From positions 3,469-67,468 of IMG/VR virus record IMGVR_UViG_3300022561_000008: a stretch of DNA of 64,000 bases, one strand, 5' to 3'. Shown here piece by piece: positions 30,646 to 40,476 of this stretch. This stretch comes from a virus. Lineage: Duplodnaviria > Caudoviricetes. The notes under the pieces were generated by a model that was given only the letters and a program-made list of their open reading frames with translations, did no database searches and was not told the origin of the DNA. Position numbers and translations under genes: made by a program. Positions within the stretch are counted from its first letter, which is position 1. Each line of letters starts with the position of its first letter.

Positions 30646-31147
30646 GTCTTTCCATCCAGATCCACTTGCGTCGAATGAAGAAAATCGGCGCAAGTATCTT
30701 CAATTCGATTCTAAAGCCAAAAAACAGGCGGAAAACCTCGAAGATAAGTTACAGTGCGAAATGGTTGTTGAGTACCGAAATAGGTTCCCAGAAGAGCGTG
30801 GAAGGCTAATAGGAAATGATTCTTCAACTATGAGCGCACAACATGCGGAAGCAAAGAGTTCGAGAGGGTTGGTTAGAGGCGTATCTGATCTATTCTTTTT
30901 TCATAGAGATAGATATTTAGTGGCGATGGAGGTTAAATATCCAAACACCTACCATGATAGAGAGCATCTGATCGAGCAAGCAGAGTGGATACTTAAATTC
31001 CCTAAGGTGGGCTGGTTTATTGATTCAATGGAAATGTTTTGGGATATAGTATTGAATGATGGGGTTGGAATCGACCCGAAGCGAATATTGGAAAATTGTT
31101 TAAAACTAAAAACAGTCAGCGTAAGCTGGGAGGAGGCAAAAAGATGA
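30638..31147 (+). CDS. VRR-NUC family nuclease
   Basis: EDKLQ..GLVRGVSDL..MEVK PD-(D/E)xK motif. Confidence 0.8.
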   Translation: MVKSFHPDPLASNEENRRKYLQFDSKAKKQAENLEDKLQCEMVVEYRNRFPEERGRLIGNDSSTMSAQHAEAKSSRGLVRGVSDLFFFHRDRYLVAMEVKYPNTYHDREHLIEQAEWILKFPKVGWFIDSMEMFWDIVLNDGVGIDPKRILENCLKLKTVSVSWEEAKR

Positions 31148-32284
31148 AAACACCTAAAACCATAAAGGCATATCTAAAAATGCTGATAGTAATATCTGAG
31201 GATTCTGTTTACGATCTAAAAGGTATGGTATCAGACGGTGATGAAATGTTTATTGGAAGCATTAGGGCGAGTATCCAGAATCTGCTTGGAGAAGATGAGT
31301 TTGGAACCATGAAAAAGAACAATTTAAAATACAACGGATAATATGAAACACAACCTTAGAGACCCCGCCACAGCCGAGCTAATCATTAATAAGATGCTCT
31401 CGAAGCACAACGTCGATATGAAATATGTTATGGCTCACCCGATTATTGACGGGCTGGATTGGTTTCAGTATTTTACTTGGAGTTATTTAGAATCGCAAGA
31501 ATTCCGGTCGTGGCTAATTGCGTTCATTAGAACTGAGTGTTCAGGGAGAGTGAGCAAGAAAATGGCTGAGCGTGAGTATATGTGGTTTGATTTAATGTAT
31601 GGACTTAAAATTGAGGAGTAAAACAGATGAAAGTAGGTAGAAAGAAAGCAGAAAAGGCTGTTGGTAATTATGAAAAAGAAATCGGAGAAGGAACCGGAGA
31701 TTTAACCCTTGCCTATATTGGCGCAACTGGATTTATTGCAGGAATAAAATTTGCTGAATCTGATTTAGAAAGGAAGTTAATGAAATTCATAGATAGCAAA
31801 TATTGGAATGAATATAGTTTTAGCGGAAATTTACATGACCTCATAACACTTATAAAGGAAAGCAAATGAAAACTAAAGAGGTAGAAAAGAAAAAACATCC
31901 TTGGAATTATGGGAAAAGAAAGCCAAAACCAGATGAATACGGCAATCTTTGGTGCGCTTGTTTATATCCAAAACTTACTCGTAATTTATTGCCAGAAGAA
32001 AAAGGTCAAGCATTCTATATTTTATGCGGAGCAAATTGGTATCACTAATAAAACTTACGACAATGAAAACTTTTATAATTGATTATCGCGTAATTACACT
32101 TAATCGCGGCACTTATCATCCCCCAAAAATGAAGGTAAAGAACTGCTATACTGAACTCGAAGCTAAAATAAAACTCGAAAAAAAAGTTGAGCGGGATTAT
32201 GATGGATTTTTAAGGATGGAGGCTATAAGTTGCAAGGAGGATTTTATGGGTGGGTTTGGGATTTTTAACGATATATTTAAATAA
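31144..32284 (+). other. Small hypothetical ORFs (31144-31341, 31343-31621, 31627-31869, 31866-32048, about 32063-32284)
   Basis: ORF track, same strand, tightly packed. Confidence 0.6.
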
Positions 32285-32600
32285 AACATAATGGACACAA
32301 TAAATAAAATAACAGCGCAGATAATAGATGTTTGGATTGCTGGTAAAATTGACGACTCCGAATATAATGAGATTAGAAACTTTCTGTGGGAATTGCGAAA
32401 AGGAAATATAAACATAATAACAATACATAAAAATGAAAATATTTAATTATATTAAGGATAGTTTTTTATGGTATCTTTTCACTAAAGTTATTATATTGTT
32501 GGCCGTTATACCTATCGTAGTAATACTTGTGCGATTTATAGTCAAATACGCCATTTTTATGTCATTCATTATTGAGAAATACATATTTTAAATTAATAAA

Positions 32601-33096
32601 ATGAAAACAGCAAAAGAAACATTGATTTCAGCGTTGGCAGGGTTTGCATTAAATCCATTCCCAACAGACCAGATCGTTAAGGCGATGGAAAAGTATGCAG
32701 AGCAGCAGACAGACTTAACTTATGAATTGTTTTCAAAACCGATGCGTGAGTTGCAACCACTCGAAAAGGTGTGGCAAAAGGAAACTAATAATCCGTATAC
32801 AATCCCTGACAATGACTGCTTTTTGTAAATGGGTTGTAAATAAAATATCCGAAACGCAAACAACAATTAATACGTCTAATTTACTCGCGTCGTTAATTGA
32901 ATGTAGGGAAAATTTACTTAGGTATATTCCGAATTGTGCGGGAGATGGTAGCCACAACGGGAATGTACTAAAACGCGTAGAGCAATCCATAAATAAAGTA
33001 AAATGTGAAAAATGCAATACGCACCCATTGAGATGGACGGATAACGGGATTAGGTGTTTAAAATGCGCTTGTGGTAAATTAAAAATTATGTTATGA
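32601..33096 (+). pseudogene. Probable single gene split by a +1 insertion near 32811
   Basis: 496 nt = 165 codons + 1; removing one A gives ..NPYTIPDMTAFCKWVVNKI.. Confidence 0.45.
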
Positions 33097-33302
33097 AAAC
33101 AATAGATTATGAGTCGATTTTATGCACAGTGTTTAACTGCAATAAGTTCAGCATCCCACTTCACGATTATAAGAAGGCAAAAGTTATTGAGGCAATGCAG
33201 GAGGCGGTAAGGTTAAGTACGGCAGCACTTCAGGAAGAAATAGATAATTTAAACGAAGAAATTGGTGCATTAGAAAATAACATAGCATACGACCATGAGT
33301 AA
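33093..33302 (+). CDS. Hypothetical protein
   Basis: 69-aa ORF. Confidence 0.6.
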   Translation: MKTIDYESILCTVFNCNKFSIPLHDYKKAKVIEAMQEAVRLSTAALQEEIDNLNEEIGALENNIAYDHE

Positions 33303-33849
33303 AACCATACTTGTTATAGACATAGAAACCAGCGGTCTCAAACCCGCCGTAGATAAAATCTTCGAAATTGGGCTTGTCTCGTTGGACTTAGAGACGGGCA
33401 AGATAATCGAACTTTTCGATTCGCTTCTCCGTGAGGATGGATTGACCGGAGCACATCACAGCTCATGGATCTTCTCTAATTCGGATATGACGGTAGAGAT
33501 GGTTCGAAATGCCCCGCCTGCGTCGGAGGTGTATCCGCAAGTTCAGGCCATATTGGATCTGTACCCGCTTGGATGTACCGCTTTTAATCGGAGCTTTGAT
33601 GTTGGGTTTTTGGAGAGTCGTGGTATTAAGCTTTCACGTAACCTTCAGTGTCCAATGCTGATAGCAACTAATATATGTAAATTGCCAAGCCCGAGAGGTA
33701 TCGGATATAAGTGGCCGCGTGTTCCAGAAGCATATAAATTCTTCTTTCCTGAAAGTGATTATGACGAAAAACATAGGGGCTGCGATGACGCAAAACATGA
33801 GGCGGAAATTGTTTATGAATTGTATAAACTTGGATTATTTAAAATTTAA
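33295..33849 (+). CDS. DnaQ-like (DEDDh) 3'-5' exonuclease
   Basis: VIDIETSG, AFNRSFD, HRGCDDA motifs. Confidence 0.9.
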   Translation: MSKTILVIDIETSGLKPAVDKIFEIGLVSLDLETGKIIELFDSLLREDGLTGAHHSSWIFSNSDMTVEMVRNAPPASEVYPQVQAILDLYPLGCTAFNRSFDVGFLESRGIKLSRNLQCPMLIATNICKLPSPRGIGYKWPRVPEAYKFFFPESDYDEKHRGCDDAKHEAEIVYELYKLGLFKI

Positions 33850-33901
33850 CAAAATTTAACACATCAAATAGTATCAATCTCGTATAAATGTATTATATTT
33901 G
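33845..33901 (+). promoter_or_regulatory. Integrase promoter with TTTAAC-N4-TTTAAC repeat
   Basis: AAAATTTAAC x2 (33841-33860); TATATTTG at 33894-33901. Confidence 0.65.
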
Positions 33902-34994
33902 CATCGTACTAATACAAACAGTTATGAAAGGTCAATATACATTACGCTTCGAATCCTATTCCACCAACAAGGTTAAATGCCTTTTGCTATTCGATAATAA
34001 GATTCAGCAATGCAAAAAGATGCCATTCACAGCAACCAGGGATGAGTTGCGCAATCCTCCTCCGGCTCTCGATAATATTCTTATGTCGATTAAAAAGAGA
34101 TGGAATGATTTGATCATTGCCAACGAGGAGTCCGGCAAGTCGCCAATTAAACTTATGTTCGAAACAAAATATGCCGAGACAAAGAGCCCATACGAATTTT
34201 TCAAATCTATCCACGATTACCGCATAAAGAAGTTTATGAATTTTATCGACAAGGATTTGGCTTGGGCAGATCTAACGGATCAGTTTTTCACCGACTTCCA
34301 CGCGTTTTTACTTGGCGAAGATGTCTCGACAAACACGATCAGAACGTACTCGATTGGACTAAAGAAGGCTCTGGATGATGCAAAACTTAGGGGATATAAG
34401 ATTGCCAGCCGAAACTACCCATCCATTCTTAAATCGCCGTCAGCATCATCTATAAGTATCTACCTGACTACGGAAGAATTGCATAAATTGGAGGAGGTTG
34501 AGCTACCTAAGAAGTGGGATGAAGTAAGGGTTAAGTTTCTGATCGGCGCATACACGGGAGCAAGGTACAGTGACTTTTCTAAGCTAACCACAGCAGATGT
34601 TTCGACAGGTGAGCTTCGGTATATTTCCGAGAAGACTGGAACGCTCGCATACGTGCCAACGCATCGCAAATTAGCCGCATTGCTTGGTAAATACAAGTCG
34701 GACGTTAGTAATTCTCAAATGAACATTATCCTCCCTAAAATCGCACGTATGGCCGGAATAACATCAATGGTGTCGGTTGTTCGTGGTGATGTAAAGGAAC
34801 AGGGAGAAAAATGTGAATATATAAAATCTCATACAGCTCGCCGGACATTTGCGACAAACGTATATAAGGACGGTGCAGCTATATTGGAAGTGAGTAGGAT
34901 GCTTGGCCACAAATCGGTTATGACTACTCAGTCATATATTGCAAGTGGTGTTAGTGATATGAAACTTAAGGAATTAGATTATTTTAACAATTAA
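33888..34994 (+). CDS. int: Tyrosine recombinase / phage integrase (likely start MKGQY at 33924)
   Basis: GARYSD, K, HTARRTFAT, LGH..TQSY catalytic motifs; SAM-like core-binding region. Confidence 0.95.
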   Translation: MYYICIVLIQTVMKGQYTLRFESYSTNKVKCLLLFDNKIQQCKKMPFTATRDELRNPPPALDNILMSIKKRWNDLIIANEESGKSPIKLMFETKYAETKSPYEFFKSIHDYRIKKFMNFIDKDLAWADLTDQFFTDFHAFLLGEDVSTNTIRTYSIGLKKALDDAKLRGYKIASRNYPSILKSPSASSISIYLTTEELHKLEEVELPKKWDEVRVKFLIGAYTGARYSDFSKLTTADVSTGELRYISEKTGTLAYVPTHRKLAALLGKYKSDVSNSQMNIILPKIARMAGITSMVSVVRGDVKEQGEKCEYIKSHTARRTFATNVYKDGAAILEVSRMLGHKSVMTTQSYIASGVSDMKLKELDYFNN

Positions 34995-35006
34995 CAATAA
35001 AAACAA

Positions 35007-35729
35007 ATGGGGAAAAAGAAGAAAATTATCAAAGAAGCCATAAAGAGGGGCTTTGTAATGGGGGCGGTACATTCTGGATTATCTGGAGGCAGATTCACTA
35101 TCGTGCATGATCTGGAGCTTATTTTTGGTGCGCTATACGGCGGAGATACGGGCTGTATTTATTGTGACGGTCATTGGGCTACAATCATACCGGAAGAAAA
35201 GAAGAAGCCAATCTTTACTACCGAGGATGGGGTGGATGTGTTTAATGCTGACGTATATTATTACATCTATGGTGATGGTACGATAAAAAAATGTGTCGCA
35301 CAGCTTTCGGAGCAATATAGTGAATGGATAGTGCGCTTCTCTACAAAACAAGCCGCCAAGGATTGGATTGAGAGGCAACAGCAACCGAAAGTTACGGATC
35401 AAGCCAGATGTGGACGTATACTAACAGGCACAATCAGGGAGTTATTATCTACACCCAAATCCATCAAGCCAGAAGAGTTAGTCGATGGTGGGATTTATGT
35501 GGATGAATATAAGCCAAACTGCACAAATACGTTCAGGGCTGGCAAGGATCACAGGGATGGTATGTCTTCGGTATATTCTCTTTTGAATAACGAAACAGGG
35601 AGATTTTCACAAATAGGCTACCTTCATTACGATAACTCTATTCGCCCCGCCACTCTTCTCGAAAAGCAGAAACTAATTACCGAGGAGGTAAAAAATAATT
35701 ACTTTCACGAATTAAGAAATCAGAAATGA
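35007..35729 (+). CDS. Hypothetical protein
   Basis: 240-aa ORF with PIFTTEDGVD motif. Confidence 0.75.
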   Translation: MGKKKKIIKEAIKRGFVMGAVHSGLSGGRFTIVHDLELIFGALYGGDTGCIYCDGHWATIIPEEKKKPIFTTEDGVDVFNADVYYYIYGDGTIKKCVAQLSEQYSEWIVRFSTKQAAKDWIERQQQPKVTDQARCGRILTGTIRELLSTPKSIKPEELVDGGIYVDEYKPNCTNTFRAGKDHRDGMSSVYSLLNNETGRFSQIGYLHYDNSIRPATLLEKQKLITEEVKNNYFHELRNQK

Positions 35730-35968
35730 TAAAATTAAAAGTTAAATCAGTAAAATTCAATTGGTGTCAAAAGGGCAGCACGACAGATAGAGACGGTGCG
35801 GGAGATGATTGGGAAAGATGCACTGTTGGAACGAATAGAGTTTCAGAGATCATAGAAAATGAGTCACATAATGGGTTACAGCAGTGGAATTATCTTATCG
35901 TATCAGACGATGGAAGCGCAGTTAGAATTTTTAATCCAAATTTTGTAGAATATTTTAAACCAGAATAA
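35726..35968 (+). CDS. Hypothetical protein
   Basis: 80-aa ORF. Confidence 0.65.
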   Translation: MIKLKVKSVKFNWCQKGSTTDRDGAGDDWERCTVGTNRVSEIIENESHNGLQQWNYLIVSDDGSAVRIFNPNFVEYFKPE

Positions 35969-35969
35969 T

Positions 35970-36404
35970 ATGAATACATTCTATCAAGTAACAGCAAAAT
36001 TTATCCGCCAGAACCTGAACACTGGCAAGGACGAGAAAATAACCGAGTCATACTTGGTTCCTGCAATTATTTTCGCAGAGGCAGAAACTCGCATCCACAA
36101 AGAGCTATCCGAGACAGTCCAAGGAGAGTTCTTAGTGACCAAGATCGCTAAATCAAATCTGAGCGAAGTAATCCCATCCGAGGGTGACATGTACTACAAG
36201 GGCAAGATCCGGTTTGTTCTGCTTGATGAGAATACTGGCAAATCCAAGCTCATTACTCAACCCGTGTTGGTTATGGCTGATTCGGTTAAGGACGCTGAAG
36301 CTAAGATTGCGGAGGCTTATAAGGATATAACTTTGGGGGTTGATATCGTGGGGGTGCAGGAATCGAATATTGTGGAAGTTTTTGGGGAGGAGGAAGTGAA
36401 ATGA
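35970..36404 (+). CDS. DUF4494 family protein
   Basis: GKDEKITESYLV.A..F.EAE.RI..YYKGKI.FV.LDE.TGK motif. Confidence 0.85.
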   Translation: MNTFYQVTAKFIRQNLNTGKDEKITESYLVPAIIFAEAETRIHKELSETVQGEFLVTKIAKSNLSEVIPSEGDMYYKGKIRFVLLDENTGKSKLITQPVLVMADSVKDAEAKIAEAYKDITLGVDIVGVQESNIVEVFGEEEVK

Positions 36405-36649
36405 CAGGCAAAGAGATAGAAAACGTATCTATAGGCATGTCATTTCTAATGGCGGATATCCTCAATACTGACTCGACGCCAGAAGAAGTGGCAAATACGG
36501 CCATATCATTTGCCAAGGAAATGTTCAGGCAATACCCAAAGATTAAAGAGGTCACTGGAGACATTATTAGTCAATTCGATAAACATGACCCCGATTTCAA
36601 TAACGCATGGGACAGAAATATTGAATGGATCAGAAATTGGAGTAGCTAA
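36401..36649 (+). CDS. Hypothetical protein
   Basis: 82-aa ORF. Confidence 0.6.
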   Translation: MTGKEIENVSIGMSFLMADILNTDSTPEEVANTAISFAKEMFRQYPKIKEVTGDIISQFDKHDPDFNNAWDRNIEWIRNWSS

Positions 36650-36653
36650 TCAA

Positions 36654-36683
36654 AATCCCCCTTTCTTCACAGATTGGGGGATT
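36654..36683. terminator. Bidirectional terminator at early/late convergence
   Basis: AATCCCCC/GGGGGATT inverted repeat between convergent arms. Confidence 0.75.
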
Positions 36684-36688
36684 CTTAT

Positions 36689-37156
36689 TTAACACGCAAC
36701 TTCGCTCCAATAAAGCCAGCTTTTGTTGGCGCCATTTACGTCTTTGTCTTCCAACCATGCCTTAACGAACTTAACATACATGGCAGTATCATTTCCGATC
36801 ACACCGTAGAAATCAGAATACCACATATTCATGGCGTAATAGAAATCCCAGCCATTATATGTGTTGAATAAGATTCCATTGCTTGCAGCCACAGCCGTAG
36901 TTTGTTCATATGTCCAATGAGGCCCGGTTGTGCCATCTTCATTTTTCATCTGGGAAACTGCACATTTTGCCATCTCTTCATCAAAATGTTCCCCGTTTAC
37001 AACTTCGTGAAGCTCTGAGACAACCTCCCAAAACATTTTAGGATATTCGGCCTCTAAGTCTGTTAAATGCTCGTCGATTACAGTACCGATTTTCTGCATG
37101 GTCTTGGTATCTGCTCCCATGACTAATTTGTCTATTAACTTTTTAAATCTGCTCAT
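36689..37156 (-). CDS. Conserved hypothetical protein of post-lysis cassette
   Basis: HFDEEMAKCAVSQMKNEDG..HWT..WDFYYAMNMWYSDF motif. Confidence 0.75.
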   Translation of the reverse strand: MSRFKKLIDKLVMGADTKTMQKIGTVIDEHLTDLEAEYPKMFWEVVSELHEVVNGEHFDEEMAKCAVSQMKNEDGTTGPHWTYEQTTAVAASNGILFNTYNGWDFYYAMNMWYSDFYGVIGNDTAMYVKFVKAWLEDKDVNGANKSWLYWSEVAC

Positions 37157-37177
37157 CTGTTTTTTTATTTATAATGT

Positions 37178-37483
37178 TTATAAAAGCGCAATGTAAGGTA
37201 AATATGTTTTTGCTTTTTGAAGTAGCTCTGGTTTCTTTTCAACGGATGAAACTACCTGTATGATCGCATCGGCCCCTAATTCATTCACTAAAATCTGAAT
37301 TGCTCTGAGTAGGGCCATTCCTTGCTCTTGAGAGTTAATTACACCTCTAAAAGCCATTTCTTCAACTACTGGATATACCACTGCCTTCGCGGGTTGTGCC
37401 AGTGGTTTTATTGCCTCCGAAGCTGGCCTGACCGCCTGATCTGCGGGTATTTTTGCTATTTCAATTTGTCCCAATTCTGCCAT
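37178..37483 (-). CDS. Hypothetical protein (cassette)
   Basis: 101-aa ORF. Confidence 0.7.
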   Translation of the reverse strand: MAELGQIEIAKIPADQAVRPASEAIKPLAQPAKAVVYPVVEEMAFRGVINSQEQGMALLRAIQILVNELGADAIIQVVSSVEKKPELLQKAKTYLPYIALL

Positions 37484-37629
37484 TGTTTTTATGTATTAAA
37501 TAAGTAAAAATTGCTGTAATTATTACGGCCATTATCATAACTCCTACACTTTCTGAAAACAAGGGAGATACCACAAACATCATAGATGTTATTTCAATCG
37601 TATGTCTCATACATGATATCTCCTTTGTA

Positions 37630-37803
37630 TTATTTTATGAATAGCCTCATTGTCTCTGATTCTGTTGGCACGTAAGTATCCATACAGTCGGCGGTAGTTT
37701 TGCCATAAGTCGAAAGCAGGAAACTGCGTATTTTCTGACGCTCTTCATTAAGTACCAGATCCATCACTTTTGAAGCTGGAATAGTATACATTAGCTCTTC
37801 CAT
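37630..37803 (-). CDS. Small hypothetical protein (cassette)
   Basis: MEELMYTIPASKVMDLVLNEERQKIRSFLLSTYGK..LFIK*, read manually. Confidence 0.55.
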   Translation of the reverse strand: MEELMYTIPASKVMDLVLNEERQKIRSFLLSTYGKTTADCMDTYVPTESETMRLFIK

Positions 37804-37806
37804 GGT

Positions 37807-38100
37807 TTATATTTTTTGAGTTTCATAAATTGCCAGAATACCACATGGAATACTGCTTACCACAGAGAATGCGGAACAGGAATCTGTCGTAAATGCTTCT
37901 CCTGCCTCTGTTAGCAATGCGGCAGGAGCCAGCAATACTTCATAGTCATTTATGGATGGAATAGTAAATACTCCGCATTTAGGTATTTTCTTTAGGTACA
38001 GAATAGATACTCCTGTATTTTGAAATCTTACATTTGCTCTGCACGGGTTTGATGCTACCGCAACTATTGCGGTAATACCAACTGTTATTGGACTTGCCAT
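37807..38100 (-). CDS. Beta-rich hypothetical protein (cassette)
   Basis: 97-aa, alternating hydrophobic pattern suggesting a jelly-roll. Confidence 0.65.
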   Translation of the reverse strand: MASPITVGITAIVAVASNPCRANVRFQNTGVSILYLKKIPKCGVFTIPSINDYEVLLAPAALLTEAGEAFTTDSCSAFSVVSSIPCGILAIYETQKI

Positions 38101-38148
38101 AGTGTTACGTTTTAAGTGGAGGAGGTTATGATTCCCCCTCCATTTAAG

Positions 38149-38949
38149 TTAAATTACAGAACAAACTGGTTTGTTGCAATTCCGAAACGCATCAATCAGT
38201 ATCTGATTTTGCTCGTTGTTGCTAATTTTGCCATTGGCAGTTACAAGCTGATCCCTAAGCGACTGAACATTCAAATCATTGATAAGTGAGCGGGTAAGGC
38301 TACCATCATCAATAATTCGCTGTTTAACCTCGCAGCAGCATTCTGCGAGTTCTTTACTGATCTGACAGAACCCAGTTGCAACAGCAGCAGCGTTGGCTGT
38401 ACCTTGAGTAATAATCTGATTGGTAGAATTCTGCATTTGCATTGCATTGTTATTAAAACCTTGCAGGGTTGCGGTGGTTAGTTGATTAAAGCTGTTTAGC
38501 TGTTGTAAAGCATTCTGGTTAGCCTGAGCAGTTACGTCACGACCTAAATCATTAATTGATTGTAGTGTAGTAAAAGCAGCTGTTGCCTGAGCTGTTGAAA
38601 GGTTTGCAATACTATTCAGAAGGTCTCTTGAGGTTCCTGAGACATTTTGATTTACGCTGGTTATGCCATTATCTGTACTATGTGCATTTAGCGTATTACC
38701 TAAGCTATCAATCTGATGCTGAATTGACTGAAAAGCCGGATTGAGAACAACTGATGCGGCAGCAGCATCAGCCCCGGAAGAACATCCACCGTTATTCCAG
38801 TTATTTCCGCCCCAACCGCCACGATTACCACCTAAAAGTCCTCCAGCTAATGCCCCAACTGCGCCGCCCACTCCAGCAGCTATTCCTGATCCTGATCCAA
38901 ATCCCGAATTGCCCAACATTGGAGCTACGGTTCCATCTAATGTAAGCAT
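38149..38949 (-). CDS. Gly-rich hydrophobic + coiled-coil + Cys-cluster protein of unknown function
   Basis: GIAAGVGGAVGALAGGLLGG, long Asn/Gln heptad region, FCQISKELAECCCEVK. Confidence 0.8.
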   Translation of the reverse strand: MLTLDGTVAPMLGNSGFGSGSGIAAGVGGAVGALAGGLLGGNRGGWGGNNWNNGGCSSGADAAAASVVLNPAFQSIQHQIDSLGNTLNAHSTDNGITSVNQNVSGTSRDLLNSIANLSTAQATAAFTTLQSINDLGRDVTAQANQNALQQLNSFNQLTTATLQGFNNNAMQMQNSTNQIITQGTANAAAVATGFCQISKELAECCCEVKQRIIDDGSLTRSLINDLNVQSLRDQLVTANGKISNNEQNQILIDAFRNCNKPVCSVI

Positions 38950-39021
38950 AATGTTATTTTTTAAGTTTATAATTCCTAAAAATAATAAGTATAGACACTA
39001 CATACTAATGAATTTTAGACA

Positions 39022-39049
39022 CAAAAAAACCACTCTATTACAAGTGGTT
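39022..39049 (-). terminator. Intrinsic terminator
   Basis: AACCACT/AGTGGTT stem followed by T-run on the minus strand. Confidence 0.6.
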
Positions 39050-39070
39050 GTGTGGTATGGATGTGTTTGG

Positions 39071-39352
39071 CTAAATCATCCTGTTTTTGGCTTCCTTTAA
39101 ATCTGCCATATAATACATCTTTTCTTTTAGCCCCTTCACCTTCCTTGGATCGTGAATTATCCCAGCATTCCTAAGCTTATGAAATTCATTAAGGCTCAGT
39201 CCTAAAAACTGCGCAGCCGCTTCCCTGCCCATAGTGCGGGGTTGATGTATTATTGCAGAAATTGTGTCGAGTTCTTCTTGTGTGAGATTGGCGCACTCTC
39301 CGTTATCAACCATCTCAATTGCCTTTTGTAGTAAGGCTTTTAAAACATCCAT
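39071..39352 (-). CDS. HTH DNA-binding protein (excisionase/MerR-like C-terminal HTH)
   Basis: MGREAAAQFLGLSLNEFHKLRNAGII. Confidence 0.7.
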   Translation of the reverse strand: MDVLKALLQKAIEMVDNGECANLTQEELDTISAIIHQPRTMGREAAAQFLGLSLNEFHKLRNAGIIHDPRKVKGLKEKMYYMADLKEAKNRMI

Positions 39353-39698
39353 ATTTGAAATATAAAATTGTAGCCACTAAAGCTGAAGTGGTTGAAATTA
39401 GTAATACGATTCTTATTATTAGTATGTTTGGTAATCTATAAAATTCAAGATTTATCCACGATATTAGCGCAACAAAAAACAAGTTTATTATTAATACCCT
39501 ATGCCATGCACAGAACTTAAATGCTTTCGACAGGCAATATAAAAGTAAGCACATTAATATTGATGTTGATACGGTCATGGAAAGTGAATAAATTAAAGAA
39601 CTCCCCAATAATGTAATAACCAGCGAAAATATTATTGCCAGCGTTGATATTATTGGGGCGAACTTAACAAATTGTATGCCTACCCTTAGGTGGTTCAT
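39315..39698 (-). CDS. Multi-pass membrane protein
   Basis: About four hydrophobic segments, FKFCAWHR motif. Confidence 0.75.
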   Translation of the reverse strand: MNHLRVGIQFVKFAPIISTLAIIFSLVITLLGSSLIYSLSMTVSTSILMCLLLYCLSKAFKFCAWHRVLIINLFFVALISWINLEFYRLPNILIIRIVLLISTTSALVATILYFKYGCFKSLTTKGN

Positions 39699-39862
39699 TA
39701 TACAATTGGCGTAATGGGTGGGAACGGTACAGGTGGCGGATCTTCATGGTTACCAGCAATAATAACTCCGGTAACTCCATTTTTACCTTTTGTAACCTTA
39801 ATGTGTTCTCGCATGATTTGCAGAACATAAGGGCGAAGAAAAGAAAGAATCAGTTTTCTCAT
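39698..39862 (-). CDS. 54-aa peptide with Pro-rich C-terminus
   Basis: MRKLILSFLRPYVLQIMREHIKVTKGKNGVTGVIIAGNHEDPPPVPFPPITPIV*; ATGA and TAATG overlaps with both neighbours. Confidence 0.65.
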   Translation of the reverse strand: MRKLILSFLRPYVLQIMREHIKVTKGKNGVTGVIIAGNHEDPPPVPFPPITPIV

Positions 39863-40476
39863 TTTTTAATTATATAAGTACTATTTAAACTTGTAGTTTT
39901 TACTGCTGGATTTGAGTTGCGTATAACTGCCTTAACCACAGTGTGTCTGCGTTGTAGCCACCTCCACAAAAAGAATTGTTTTGGAGGCAGGATTGTTTCC
40001 CTTTTATCGGAAAAAATCAATAGTTGCTTATTGACAAGATATGGATTACACCATGCGCTGTCCGCCTGAACTCCAACCTTTATAATAAATTCTGGGTTGA
40101 AAGTGAAGGTATAGGTAGAATCTTTACTTGTACGTACAACCTTTAAAAATGTGTCGATCTTAGTTGTAATATTGGAGTACGATAATAGATTTTTTAGTTT
40201 CAGATCCTGTTCTTTCATTACCGTTTTCAGGTCGTTTACTTCTGAAGCATTGCCGAGGACAATGTTCTTGATCGAAGATTGTAAGATATACTTCTGACTT
40301 GTTTCTCTGCCAAGCTTATCTTTGGTGGTTACTAATTCATCGGTATATGCTTTTACATTTCCTTGGGCAACCTTTACTTCTGCTGATTTACCCATAAAGG
40401 CTTGGAAGGTTACAATTTCTGCGGCAATAAGCAGGATAATGACTATGATTGCGATTAATAATGGAGATAGTTTCAT
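39859..40476 (-). CDS. Putative i-spanin-like / lysis accessory membrane-anchored coiled-coil protein
   Basis: N-terminal TM, coiled coil, directly after endolysin. Confidence 0.5.
   Translation of the reverse strand: MKLSPLLIAIIVIILLIAAEIVTFQAFMGKSAEVKVAQGNVKAYTDELVTTKDKLGRETSQKYILQSSIKNIVLGNASEVNDLKTVMKEQDLKLKNLLSYSNITTKIDTFLKVVRTSKDSTYTFTFNPEFIIKVGVQADSAWCNPYLVNKQLLIFSDKRETILPPKQFFLWRWLQRRHTVVKAVIRNSNPAVKTTSLNSTYIIKK

Noticed and set aside
39698-39862. o-spanin (Rz1)
   Set aside because: Pro-rich and correctly placed, but has no cysteine for a lipobox
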